NCBI RefSeq assembly: GCF_963921235.1
Contig: NC_086108.1
Span: forward strand, 64,854,001 to 64,918,000
DNA from: Mobula hypostoma
Taxonomy: Eukaryota
Length of the DNA: 64,000 bases
Direction of reading: 5' to 3'
Shown piece after piece: positions 37,810-50,300 of this stretch (the first letter of the stretch is position 1; each line of letters begins with the position of its first letter). Made by a program: the position numbers and the translations under genes. The notes beneath the pieces are model-generated. The model searched no databases, was not told the origin of the DNA, and saw nothing but the letters and a program-made list of their open reading frames with translations.

Positions 37810-37970
37810 AGTGGTGCATACTGATTAATTGTCTGGGATCATAAATCAGAGGTCTGGGCAAAGTTTCCGGAGACCCAAGTTCAAATCTCACAGTGGGATC
37901 TGTGAAATTTAAATCAGTTAATAATATGAAATTTGGAAGGAAAATGGAAACCATTCGGGTTGTCATAGAA
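37810..37970 (+). mobile_element. Decayed tRNA-derived SINE 5' part
   Basis: B-box-like aagttcaaatctcac followed by gtgaaatttaaatcagttaat; related to the reverse copy near 58.9-59.2 kb. Confidence 0.45.
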
Positions 37971-38119
37971 AAGGTGCTATGGTGCATGAAACAGAAACAA
38001 AACTATATTCAGTTTAAAATAATGATTTCATTTTGATTCCTGCAAACTAACTTAATGAGTGTCCTTTCTCTGACCATTTCCTCGTTCCTTGCTGCACGAA
38101 TGTAAGATTATCGTCAATG

Positions 38120-38240
38120 CTTACAGGGAGAATGCAGGAGAATGGAACTGAGAGGGATAATGAATCAGCCATGATGGAACAATGATTCATACTCAATAGG
38201 CTGAATGGCCTAATTGTGCTCCTATATCTTATGGTCTAAG
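38120..38240 (+). mobile_element. CR1 3' terminal fragment
   Basis: tcagccatgatggaa...ggctgaatggcctaattgtgctcctatatcttatggtct. Confidence 0.75.
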
Positions 38241-38859
38241 ATTGGAATAAATATAAAATGGCAATACAAGATCCGTTCCATTACCTGTCTCTTCTGATTT
38301 TCCTTAATAGCATGTACCCATTCCAGTTTGGCATCTAAACTTATGTTTAACCCTGTACCTTCATCTTGCTAGAAAAGTACTGCTTGTATGACACTCAATC
38401 ACCACCCTAAAACATTTACTTTTCCACCACCATAGTTCTGCGTTATCACTACAACAGGAATTGCAAGTACTTGGCTGGGTACCTTCACCCATATACTCCA
38501 TTCAAGTTTAGTCAGTGTGCTTGTCATTACTTCATCAGTTAGGGAAGGACAGTGGATGTTCAGCAGGAGGATCCCTTGACTTTGAGATTCCATAGAGTCT
38601 GCAACATTGGAAACTACAAAGGTAGTTTTGGCTGTCTGAATACCATTATGCCTCCAGATCTAGTGCATTGTGAATGGGGATGGGGATTGTGGTGGAGGAG
38701 TTTGGCCTGCTGTCTGTAACGTTTGATTCTGTATGTACCAATGCACTAGGCTGTTGGTGGATCTATCTGTAAAAAAAAAACTCTTCCAGTTTAGACACCA
38801 GTCCAGTCCCTGAATATTTGTCTAGACAAGCTTGCACATTCAGCTGGGTTGGGAGTGAC

Positions 38860-38935
38860 TTTACTTACTTGGGCACTTAGCTCCCAGTGGAGAATAGGCC
38901 ATCGGTGACCTCCTGTCTCCATCATTCTCTGAAGT
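38860..38935 (-). mobile_element. RTE-like 3' end with (TAAG)n tail
   Basis: ttacttactt...ctcccagtggagaataggccatc resembles reverse RTE termini. Confidence 0.4.
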
Positions 38936-39069
38936 CAATGGTATGCTTGGAGTGTGCTCTGCAATCCATTGCATCCACTGTACAGGGGATTGGTCTATAC
39001 AGCTTCATCAGAGCCCTGATTGTCAGCCTTGCCCGTTTCCATCTCTCACATTGGGGACATAGGGTTGTA

Positions 39070-39250
39070 AACACAAAATATTCTGCAGATGCTGGGGTCA
39101 AAGCAACACGCGCAAAACGCTGGAGGAACTTAGCAGGTCAGGCAGCATCCATGGAAAGGAACAGTCAACAGACGAAGGGTCTTGGGCTGAAACGTTGACT
39201 GTTTGTTTCCACGAGTGCTGCCCGACCTGCTGAGTTCCTCCAGCGTTTTG
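39070..39250. mobile_element. Inverted (hairpin) pair of Penelope-like terminal repeats
   Basis: 39113-39168 is the near reverse complement of 39194-39250; the loop contains a hammerhead-like core. Confidence 0.8.
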
Positions 39251-39569
39251 GACACAGGATTGGTCTTTGAGAGGTAAGAGTGACTTTGCTATGTCCAAAT
39301 TTTGTGCCTCTGTCAATGCCAGGTGTTCCACATGCTTTTATTCTTTCTTTGATTGAATGTAGTGCCAGTGGTTGCGCTAAGTGGCTTAATGGGCCACTTC
39401 AGAGTGCACTTAAGAAATAGCCACAATGGGTAGCTCTGGTGTTCTGTTTAGGCCAGACTGGATGAGGATGGAAGATTTCCACCCTGATAGCACCAGATTG
39501 ACTAAGTATGTCCTGTTCAGACAAAAAGGGCAAATCCAATTTAGTTAAGTGCCATATAATCAATCTCCA

Positions 39570-40640
39570 ACAAAACTAATCTGTCATTGACAGTTGAGTT
39601 TTGCCAAGACCTCTCAGTATGGATATCATCACAGACTGAATTCCAGCAGTGAGATGAGTATGACTGCCCTTGACATCAAGAGAGTATTTGATTGCAAGTG
39701 TCTTCAAAATATCCTGGTAAGACTGAAGTCAATAGACATGAAAGAGAAAATGCTGCAATGTTTGGAGCCATACCTAACACAAAGGAAGATGGTTACATGT
39801 GCTCGTTGCAGATTGATGATTCTGGCAGCAGGGTGTTACTGCAAGAGGTTTTAAGACCTGTATCCTAGGCCCAGCTATCTTTAATATTCAATGATTTTCT
39901 TTTAGCATTCAGTCAGAAGTGTGAGTGTTCACAGATGAATCTATAATATTGAATTCCATTACAAATCCTAAGCAAATGAACAGCTGATGATTTTGGCAGC
40001 TAGAGCTAGGCAATAGTTAGATACAGGCCAACAAGTGGAAAAATAACTTTTCTACTACAGAGGTACCAGGCAGTGCCTGACTCTAATAAAGGCTGTACCC
40101 ACCTACCTTTGAAAGATAGTGACACTTCATTAACAAATATCCCAACCTTCAATATCTTGGGACTCATCAATGAATAGGCACTCAGCTTGACTCACTATAT
40201 AAATACTGTAATGAGAAGAACAGGTCAGAGACTGGGCATCCTGTCATGAATGACTGGTTCTCCAGATTCCCAATGCCTTTCTACTACCTAGAAGGCACAA
40301 ACCAGGAATGTGATGCGATTCTCTCCATTTCCTGAAATGAGGGTTGCATCAACTCTCAAGAGATTTGACACCATCCAAGAAAATCAGCCCAGTAAGTTGG
40401 TACCCAATATCTACCCTAAATATCAATTTTCTCTTCTACAGTGCCTGTAGGGTCTGCTGACTACACAATTCACTCCAGTTGCTCACTTAACTCCCACTGT
40501 ATCGCCTAAATACATGACTTTTACCACCAAGGGCAAAAAATATATTGAAACATCACCACTACTGGGTTCCTCACCAAGATGCCTACCATCTTTAACTGTA
40601 AATGTATCTGTGTTCCTTCCACTTGGACCTAAGTTCTGGT
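39570..40640 (+). mobile_element. Ancient CR1/L2-clade LINE RT remnant
   Basis: ALDIKRVFD...LVRLKSI...YLTQRKMV, tcctaggccca (LGP) and ttcacagatga (F.D.). Confidence 0.6.
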
Positions 40641-40671
40641 ACTCTATCCTCAATTACACATTCAAGATTAA

Positions 40672-41533
40672 TGATTCAAGTTTATTTGTCATGTGTGCAT
40701 CAAAACATACATTGAAATGTGTTATTTGTGTTAACAACTAACACACTGAAGGGTATGCTGGGGGCAGCCCACAAGTGTCACCACACATTCTGGTGCCTGC
40801 AAGGCATGCCCACTTTACACAGCAGAGCAACACAGAACATAACAAGTAGCAATTAGCTACAGCAAAAACAAGTCCTGTTCCTCCTTTGCACCCACATATA
40901 TCCATGGTCTTTAACCCCAGGACAAGCCTCCAGCAAACATGTGCTTGGTCCTGCAGACATCAGGCTTCGACCTCCCCAGCGAACTCAGAGATTCGTAGAC
41001 TCAGCTCTAGCCAATGAGCCTCAACCTCCAGACTTCTCAGTTGTCCTCAGGCCTTGATCACAGCATCGATTCTGGAACACACCAATCATGGAAAACCAGG
41101 CTTTGAAATCGGAATCGCTGATGGTGGGAACCCGAACACGAGACTCAGTGTTGCAGTCTCACTGATTTACGAACCCAGAACTCATTTCTCCTGCCCGCAT
41201 GGAGCTCCAACTCCGGATCTGCTGACAACTCACTGATCTAGGGGAGTTCCTGTCCTCTCTCTGCCAGTCTGACTTCCGACGTCCGACCACGGATGTCCCA
41301 CATCAGTGTCGCTGGTCTTCGAACGCGGAGTATAGACTTAGCCTCTGGCCTGACCTCTAACTCCGCCCCCCCGCCACCATTCCTGTCCCTAAAACCCTAA
41401 CCTGATTCCTAACTCGCCCTCTCTGTCTCTAAAACCATCTTTACGAACCGGAAAAGATTAAAAATTAAACAATTAAAAGACAACTAACTCTGAGCGATGA
41501 CTCAGTGGAAGTTGCAGGTCATTGCCATCTTGG
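40672..41533 (-). mobile_element. Unclassified non-coding retroposon-like repeat
   Basis: Minus strand starts CCAAGATGGC and ends gacaaataaacttgaatc; architecture resembles 34220-35005. Confidence 0.4.
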
Positions 41534-41699
41534 ATCCACGTGGGGAATATCATCAATTGAAGCACTGCACCGGGGCAATTAGGAATGGACAATAAATATT
41601 GTGCTATCTAGCACTGCCCAAATACCATAATTAAATTTTGAAAAATTTGATCCATCAAAGCGGGAGAGGAAATTACTAAAGATTAACTGTCATGCCTGT

Positions 41700-42320
41700 G
41701 GCATTCTCCATATTTTGTAACCTGTTTCTGGAGATCGATACTCCTGATGTTATCTCACCAATAACTTACATAACTAGGCCTACTTTTCCATTCCTGTCAA
41801 AATAACCCATAATATTCCGTTACTTTCCGAGTTACTTTGTGGACAGCATTCCGGCTTTTGGCAAATCATTCACCAAGGCACTGAGATCCTTCTGCATCTC
41901 AGAACTCTGCAGTTTCCTTTTTATAATAAAAAGGCAGATAAATATATATAAATTGTAAAATGATGAGTCCCAGCATTGATCCCTGTGAGATACTACATTA
42001 CATCTCATCAGCCAAAAAAGGTCCACTTATGTCTGTTCAGTTCACACCAATACATTTCATCTTACACCACAAGCTTTTATTTTCCACCGTCACCTTTGAT
42101 AATGCACCCAATCAATTGTCTTCTGAAAATTTAAGTACTGTATAATACATCCAGCAATTCTCCTTTATCCACAGCACGTTACTTCTTCAAATAAATCCAA
42201 TAGTTTAGTCAAACGTAGTTTCTTTTTCAAAAATCACATTGATTTTACCTGATTACTTTTTCTTCACACCCTGCTGAAACATCTATAATAACAGCCTCTA
42301 ACATTTTTCTGATGACAAAT
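41700..42320 (-). mobile_element. Old CR1 fragment
   Basis: gtcccagcattgatccctgtgag (reverse SQGSMLG) and agatccttctgcatctcaga. Confidence 0.5.
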
Positions 42321-42670
42321 GTTAAATTCAGTTAAATCATGGGTGATCTGATTGAAACCTCAATTCTGCATTCTGTTTAATCCATGTTGATTTTTCATCC
42401 CTTGCTTCTCAGGTATCTGTTTACCTTTGCTTTAGAAATATCCAGACTGTTCTTTCATCATACTTTGAAGAAGAGAATTTCAAAGACTGTCAAAGCATTC
42501 AGGACAGTGCACCAGTGAATTGGTATTTAGATTGATTGCCAGGAAGAGAAGAGTCTCTCCAATCAAAACTATCCACTTATTGGAGGACAGGAAGAATCTG
42601 CAACTTTATTGCTAAGAGTCCAAAGTACTCCATTAGCATCCACTAAGTGGGACCTAAAAACAAAACTAAA

Positions 42671-42765
42671 AAGATGAAGATCTCTATCTGAAACACTGAC
42701 TGTCCATTTCCCTCCACAGGTGCTACCTGACCTACTGAGTTCCTCCAGCAATTCATGTTTTGCTA
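42671..42765 (+). mobile_element. Penelope-like terminal repeat copy
   Basis: gatgaagatctctatctgaaacactgactg...gctacctgacctactgagttcctccagca. Confidence 0.65.
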
Positions 42766-43084
42766 CGCATTTCAGCTGCCTCTTGTGGCTGTCTGTAAAA
42801 AAAAAAGTTTGATTGGGCATACTGTTGTGCCTGTTGTTACCTCAATCTGCAGATTTTTGACTTCATAATTTTTCAGTAATGGTCTGAGCAGCTGGAATCA
42901 TGGTGGGTCTCTCTTGGGAATTTAGTACCTATGTAGTTTGACTTCTGAACTTTTGTTTTGTTAACCTTGTTTGGCCACATCATAGCATTTCAGACAGCTG
43001 AAAAGATCTGTAATATCATTGTTGAATCGCAGTGAACAGTGCTCCAAGAATTTCCCTTGTAATTATAAAATGTGGATGAGTTCA

Positions 43085-43237
43085 AAAGGAGTTTTTGCAT
43101 ATTAGGGGAATTAAGAGTTATGGGGAAAAGGCAGGCTGGTGGAAATGAGTCCACGGCCAGATCAGCCATGGTATTATTGAATGGCGGAGCAGGCTCGACA
43201 GGCCAGATGGCCTACTCCTGCTCCTATTTCTTATGTT
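43085..43237 (+). mobile_element. CR1 3' terminal fragment
   Basis: agatcagccatg...gaatggcggagcaggctcga...tggcctactcctgctcctatttcttatg. Confidence 0.8.
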
Positions 43238-44092
43238 TTTAAAATAGCCCCAGTAATTCTTTGTCAGCTGTAATAAACAATACTTCCTTGCATTGACTGT
43301 GAACCCCCATCCTCCAGACCCTAAGTCATGAATGCAAGCACTGAACCAAATATGAAGTCTTGTTTATATTTTTTTTAAAGTACATTGCCAAGAGATGTTG
43401 AACTGTGATAGTAAGTTTCAACATGCAGTATTGTATTTCTTAAACACTCTGAATGTAAGAAAATATGGAACAGAACAAATTGACATTGATTGTACTATCA
43501 GGAATTTCATAATCTTCAATCCTACATTCCTTTCCCAGTGACTGGACATTAATTTATGGTGAAGGCGTAAAGAGTGAAATTTATTTGGGTGGCCATTATG
43601 TGTGGTGTTTGGTCTTTTACTCCACTGGCAGTAATGAATTGCATCACTCTCCTGCAGAAATAAAACAGTTATGCAGCCAGGGAAATTTAGGAACCTACAA
43701 GTAACCAACTTATCTTGAAAAACATGAATGAATCAGAGGTTATATATACATCATGCTAATATCATCAGTTAATAAATATTATTAACTTTAAAACTTCTTT
43801 CAGGAAAACAATGGGGAAAGTGTTGCGGAGATCTTTCCTATTTAAAAAAGATCTCAACATGGAGCTGTAATTTTGGAGAATATTTAACAGTGATTATCTT
43901 TTTGTCTTTGATCTCACAAGATTGTTTTAATTAACCCACTTTAGGAATCATTGTTCTGTTTCTAGACCATTTTCTTTTAAAGCAGTGTCTCCCTTCATTA
44001 AATCATGTATTTGACTGGGTTATGCATTTTATTTGGTTTATTGAAAGTGGGGTCACTTTTAATAACAATCCACATTTTGTTCTTTAAATTAA

Positions 44093-44254
<162 letters not shown>

Positions 44255-44290
44255 TGAAACCATCTTCTTTTAACAGATATGACCCTAAAG

Positions 44291-44368
44291 CAGCAGTTTC
44301 CAACCTAGGGTCCACGGACCCCTCGTTAGTGGTAAAGCTCAATGGCATAAAGCAGTTGGGAACCCCTG
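44291..44368. mobile_element. 78-bp hAT (Charlie-like) MITE
   Basis: Perfect 8-bp TSD ccctaaag (44283-44290 and 44369-44376); TIRs CAGCAGTTTCCAACC / GTTGGGAACCCCTG. Confidence 0.88.
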
Positions 44369-47300
44369 CCCTAAAGGGTTTAAAATGTCAGAATTGCTGA
44401 TGGGATGGGTCTGAACAGACATAGTTACCACTGCCTCTGGTACTGAGACTATTTCCAGTCCTGTAGTTAGATTATACATTTGTGGTGGACATAGAGATGA
44501 AATTTTAGATCTTGTTTTAGTTCAAATATCTCAGTCACTAACTTTACTTTTAAAAAAAAGTTCTATTGACATGCATTGTTCACTGTGGCCTGCTCCTGAG
44601 CTGTACTGTTCCGCCTCGTTCAAATCATTCATAGTATTCACTTAATATAAGCAGCAAGAATCCCAGCACTGATCCCTGTGGCAAATCAGGTGTTTTAGTT
44701 TCTAGGTCTGCAATTACAAGGCTTTCCCTGTCCTTTCTTGAAAAGAGGAATCCTGTGCCACTTTCCAATCATCAGATACCTCACTTATGGCCAAAGAAGA
44801 TTTTAAAAATCTCTCCAAAGCTGCATCAGTCTTTGACCTTGTCTCCCATAACAGCATGGGATAAATCCCATCAACTCCTGGGGATTTATCCATCTTTAAC
44901 CCGCCAAGGCTTTGAGTACTTACTTTTTTATCTATAGAGACTTCAACAAAAAAAAACTCACTTTTCCCTCACTGAATTTGCAATGATAAGATCCATTTTC
45001 TTTCTCAATTTGAATGAAAAGTATTCATTTAGGACCTCACATACCTTCTGACTGCAAGCACAATTTGCCTCGGATGTCCATAGTAGCCCCTACTGTTTGC
45101 CTGGTCTTACTTTTGTCTTTAAAAAATCTGTAAAATGCCTACAGATTTGCATTAATCCTATCTACTAGTAATACTTAAGTATTGTTTGTGTCAGTTTCAT
45201 ATTATTTCATCTTTTATCTTTGCACCCATTCGAACCTGATAGTTTACCTGAGTTTGGCAACAGTAGTCTTTGAATAGAATGGGCATTCTTTAAATATGTC
45301 CTCAGGGCATGTTAATGAAGTAGATACCTAGGTAGAAGAGAGAGCTGCACCTGGAGTGTAGGCTTGGCACTGACACAAGCCCAGCTTTTTAGAAAATGAT
45401 AGTTTCCTGGACAAGACACAGGAGCTGTGTCTGTGCCACTTATACATCAGCAAGAAGATAGTCATGGAATATTGCCATTTCCTGATGATAGACTTCCAAA
45501 CTTCCTCCATTACTTAATTAGCCCTGCCTACAGACATTAAAGTCATGCCTTTGATGTCAGGGAAATACATATGACAAAGAGTCTGAAGAAATCTGGGCTA
45601 TTTATCCTGTCCAGTCAGTCGTGTATGTTCAGCTACTTTACAGTGGAGCTACCTGATCTCTGTGCAGCTACAGTATTGATGTGGCTAATCTAGTTACACT
45701 TCTGAGAGAGATGGTTGCAACGTGTTCCATGAAGATTAAATGGAGTTGACTGAGGGTTGTCTTAATTGGCATATTTGTTAACCAGCATGTATGTGCTGCC
45801 AATAATGCCTCCACTTGCTAGACTACTTCTGAATGTGCTCCATCAGAGGACAATGCAACTCAAAACTAAATGCTCATACTGACAGCAAAAGGCAGCAGAA
45901 GGAAAAATCGTTAACAAAAGAACTGAAGAATGTTTGGCTAAGAATAGCTTTTTCAGACCGTAGTCACGATATCTGGTCCCCTGATTGTCCTAAAAAGCCA
46001 AATATGGCATGCTTTTTTGTTATCACCTGCTTTCAGCATAATTTCCAGACGTCAGAAAATCCAGCAACCCTTCTTCCACCAACAGCGCTGGCAGACTCCA
46101 ATTTCACCTCACACCTCATGCAACAAAGTGGTAGATGTGACAGAAATCAATTTCTAGCAATCAGAAGCTGTAGCTGCTGCTTCAAGTGTCAACCAGATCA
46201 AAATGAGACCACACCTCTGCCTGTGAGAAATGTAGACTGTAGCAGGGCAAACAAGCTTGGATTGCTATTGCAGCATACTTCCCTCAATATACATGAAATC
46301 AGCAGTGTAACCTCCATTCTTAGTTAATTCTATAGTGCAGCAACTTTGGGTTTAAAATTCCTTCTCCACCGCACTATGTTTACCAAATATTTAACTCTAT
46401 TCTGAATAGGTTTATCAGGAACGTAACTGCTAGTACCAAATATGTTGATCTAGTCACAGAGTAAAACAGTTTTTCCAGGAATATTCTTGTTATTTTAACT
46501 TGAGCATCATGAATGTTTGATACACCTTTTGAGATCATTTGGACAGAGCTTTTGTGTGGAAATTATTTTTGCTTAGCTCTTACTGAATCTCACCAATGAT
46601 CCTGAATATCATTTACCCCTCAAAATAGAATTGGTATCCATTCACTTACAGCAGAGAAGCTGCTGCCTATTCTGTCAACATAAGCTGATCTGATGATCTT
46701 TTTGTTCCTCAACCTGAAACATTAACCATTAAAAAAAATCTCTCAGTAATAGCCAAAATCTCCTGAATGTGCTTATTTTTTATTGAGACACAGTGCAAAG
46801 ATATGGGTTCGAGTGGTCAGGCTTTGGCTCAACAGGCTTCAGTGAGAGCAGGCGCAGTCTAAAACTTAAGTTTGAGAAGCTATAACAAGTGAAGGCAGTA
46901 AGGTAGTCCAAGCAGTAGAATGCTCCTCCTGAGAGATGGGCAATTTCAGGGTATTTAGTGGCCTACCTGATAACTACATCTGCACATAACTTCAGGTCAA
47001 GAAGCTGGAACTGGATGTACTCAGGACCATCTAGGAGGCTGAAAACCTTAAAGATGAGGCATTTTCTGAGGTGGTCACACCCAGAGTGCAGGCTTCGAAT
47101 AGTGGATGGGTGTCCGCCAGGAGAAGTAAGTGGAGTAAGCAGTCTGAGCAGAGTGCCCCTGTGGTCATTCCCCTCAGCAACAGATATACCCCTTTGGATA
47201 CTGCTGAGGGTTGACCAGCAAGGGTATAGCAGCAGCAGCCAGACCAGTAGCACTATGGCTGGCTCTGAGGCTTAGCAGGGAAGGGTAAAGTCAGGCAGAG

Positions 47301-50300
47301 TGACAGTGATAACAGAATTGATAGTGAGGGGATGGCCAGCAGATTCTGTAGCCACGAAAGAGAAGCCAGCATGGTATATTGCTTTCTAGCAGCTAGGGTC
47401 CAAGATATTGCAAAGTAGCTTCAGAAGATTCTCAAGAGGAAGGGTGAACAGCCATAGGTCATGATGCAGATTGGCACCAATCACTTAGGTAGATAGGGGG
47501 AAGAGGTCCTGCGCAGTGAGAATAGAGTTAGCGAAAATGCTGGAGAGCAGGACCTCCAAGGTAGTAATTTCTGGATTACTCCCAGTAACGTGTGCTAGTC
47601 AGGGCAGGTATGGGATGAGGAACTGGTGCAGGGGGCAGGGTTTCAGATACCTGGATTATTGGGATCTCTTCTGGAGATGGTATGACGTACAAAAAGGATA
47701 GGTTAAGCTGAACTCAAGGAGGGTCAATATTCTTGCGGGCAGGTTTGCTTGAACTGTTGGAGATGGTTTTAAGTAATTTGGCAAGGGGATAGGACCTGGA
47801 GACATAGGGCTGAGGATGGGGCAATTGGTATATAAGTCAATGCAGTCTGTAGTGAGACTGTGATGAAGGACAGGCAGATGATAGGGCAAAACTCCAGTCA
47901 GTGGGATGAACTCAAGTATAACATGGGAGGAAAATCAAAAAGGTAATGAATACAACACTGAAGGTGTTATATTTGAATGCATACAGTATGCAGATGAAGG
48001 TAGATGGTCTTGTAGCACAGTTAAGGATTGTCACGTATGATGTACTGAGCATCACTAAGTTGTGGCTCAAAGAAGATCATAGTTGGGAGCTTAACATGCA
48101 AGGAAACACCTTGTATTGAAAGAACAAGCAAGTAGGCAGTTGGGGCGGGGTGGCTCTTGGGTAGAAAACAAAATCAAATCCTTAGAAAGAGGATCAGAAG
48201 ATGTAGAACCCTTGTGGGTAGAGTTAAGAATCTGCAAGAGTAAAAAGACCCTGATAAGAGTTATATACAGGTTCCCAAGCAGTAACTAGGATGTGGGACA
48301 TAAATTTCAATGGGAAATAGAAAAGGCGGGTAATAAGGGCAGTGTTACAATAAGCATGGCAGATTTCAAGCAGAGAGATTGTGAAGGTCAGGTTGGTGCT
48401 GGATCCCAAGACCGGGAATTTGTAGAAAGCCTAGGACATGGCTTTTAGAGCCATCTAGTTGAGACAACTAGGGGAAAAACAATTCTGGATTGGGTGTTGT
48501 GTACGGAACCAGATTTGATTAGGGAGCTTAAAGTAAAGGAATGCTTAGGAAGCAACAATGATAATATGATAGAATTAACCCAGCAGTTTGGGAGGGAGAA
48601 GATAAAGTCAGATCTATCAGTAGTATAGTGGAGTAAAGGGAATCACCGAGGCATGAGAGACAAACTGTCCAAAGTTGATTGGAACAGGACAGTAGCGGGA
48701 ATATAGGCAGAACAACAATGGCAGGAGAATATGGGAGCAATTCGAAAGTTGCAGGATAAATGTATTCCAAAGATGAGAAGTATTCAAAGGGAAGATGATG
48801 CAACTGTGGCAACAAGGGAAGTCAAAAAGAGCATAACAGCAAAAGAGAGGGCATACAATATAGCCAAGATTAGTGGGACACTAGAGGAAAGGGAAGTTTT
48901 TAAAAACCAACAGAAGGTAACTGGAAAAAGCCATAAAGAGAGAAAAATTAAATATGAAGGCAATCTAGCCAATAATATAAAAGAGGATACCAAAGGTGTT
49001 TTTTTAGATATATAAAGAGTAAAAGTGAAGCAAGAGTGGATATTCGACCAGTTGAAAATGACCCTGGGAAGGTAGTAATAGGAGATAAAGAAATGACAAA
49101 CAAACTTAATACTGTAAGTGTTTTGCATCAGTCTTCACTATGCAAAACACAAGCAGTATGCCAGAAATTTGAAAGTGTCAGGGCACAGAAGTGAGTGTAA
49201 TTGCTATTACTAAGGACAAGATGCTTAGGAAGCTGAAAGGTCTGAAGGTAGCTAGGTCACCTGGGCCAGATGGACTCCAACCCAAGGTTCTAGAGGAGGT
49301 AGCTGAAGAGATTGTAAATGCATTAGTAATAATCTTTCAAGAATCACTAGTTTCTGTAATGGTTCCAGATGAGTGGAAAATTGTAAATATCACTCTACCC
49401 TTTAAGAAAGGAGGGAAGCATAAGAAAGGAAAATATGGGTCAGTTAACCTGACTTTAGTTATTGGGAAGATGTTGGAGTCTATTATTAAGGATGAAGTTT
49501 CAGGGTACTTGGAGGCACATGATAAGGCAGGCCAGTGTCAGCATGTTTTCCTTAAGGGGAAATCTTGCCTGAAAAAATCTGTTGGCATTCTTTGAAGAAA
49601 TAACAGGCAGGATAGACAAAGGACAGTCAGTGTGTGTTGTTTACTTGGATTTTCTGAAGGCCTTTGTCAAGGTGTTGCACAAGAGGCTGCTTAACAAGAT
49701 AAGAGTCCATGGTATTACAGGAAAGATAGTAGCATGGATAGAGCATTGGCTGATTGGCAGGAAGCAAAGAGTGGGAATAAAAGGGGCCTATTCTGGGTTG
49801 GTTGCCAGTGACTAATGAAGTTCAGCAAGAATTGGTATTGGCCCCTCTTCTTGTCATGTTATATGTCAGTGATTTGGATGATGGAATTGATGGCTTTGTG
49901 TCCAGGTTTACAGACAATACAAAGATAGGTGGAGGGGCAGGTGGAGTTGAAGAAACAGTGAGACTCCAGAAAGACTTGGACGTATTTGGAGAATGGGAAA
50001 GAGGTAGCACTGGAATATAGTGTAGGGAAGTGTATGGCTTGCACTTTGGTAGAGGGAATAAAAGCACAGACTATTTTCTAGTTGGGGATAAAATTTTAAA
50101 AATCAGAGGTTTAAAGGGACCTTGAAGTCCTTGTGCAGGATTCCATAAAATTTCACTTGGAAGTTGAGTCAATGCTAAGGAAGGCAAATACAATGTTAGC
50201 ATTCATTTCAGGGGGTGAGAATATAAGAGCAAGGATGTGATACTGTGGCTTTGTCAGGCATTGGACAAATGGTACTTGGAGTCCTCTGAGCAGCTTTGGG

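Noticed and set aside
45833..46327. 164-aa ORF downstream of the exon
   Set aside because: No homology recognised, no convincing splice sites, and it starts at a non-ATG codon.
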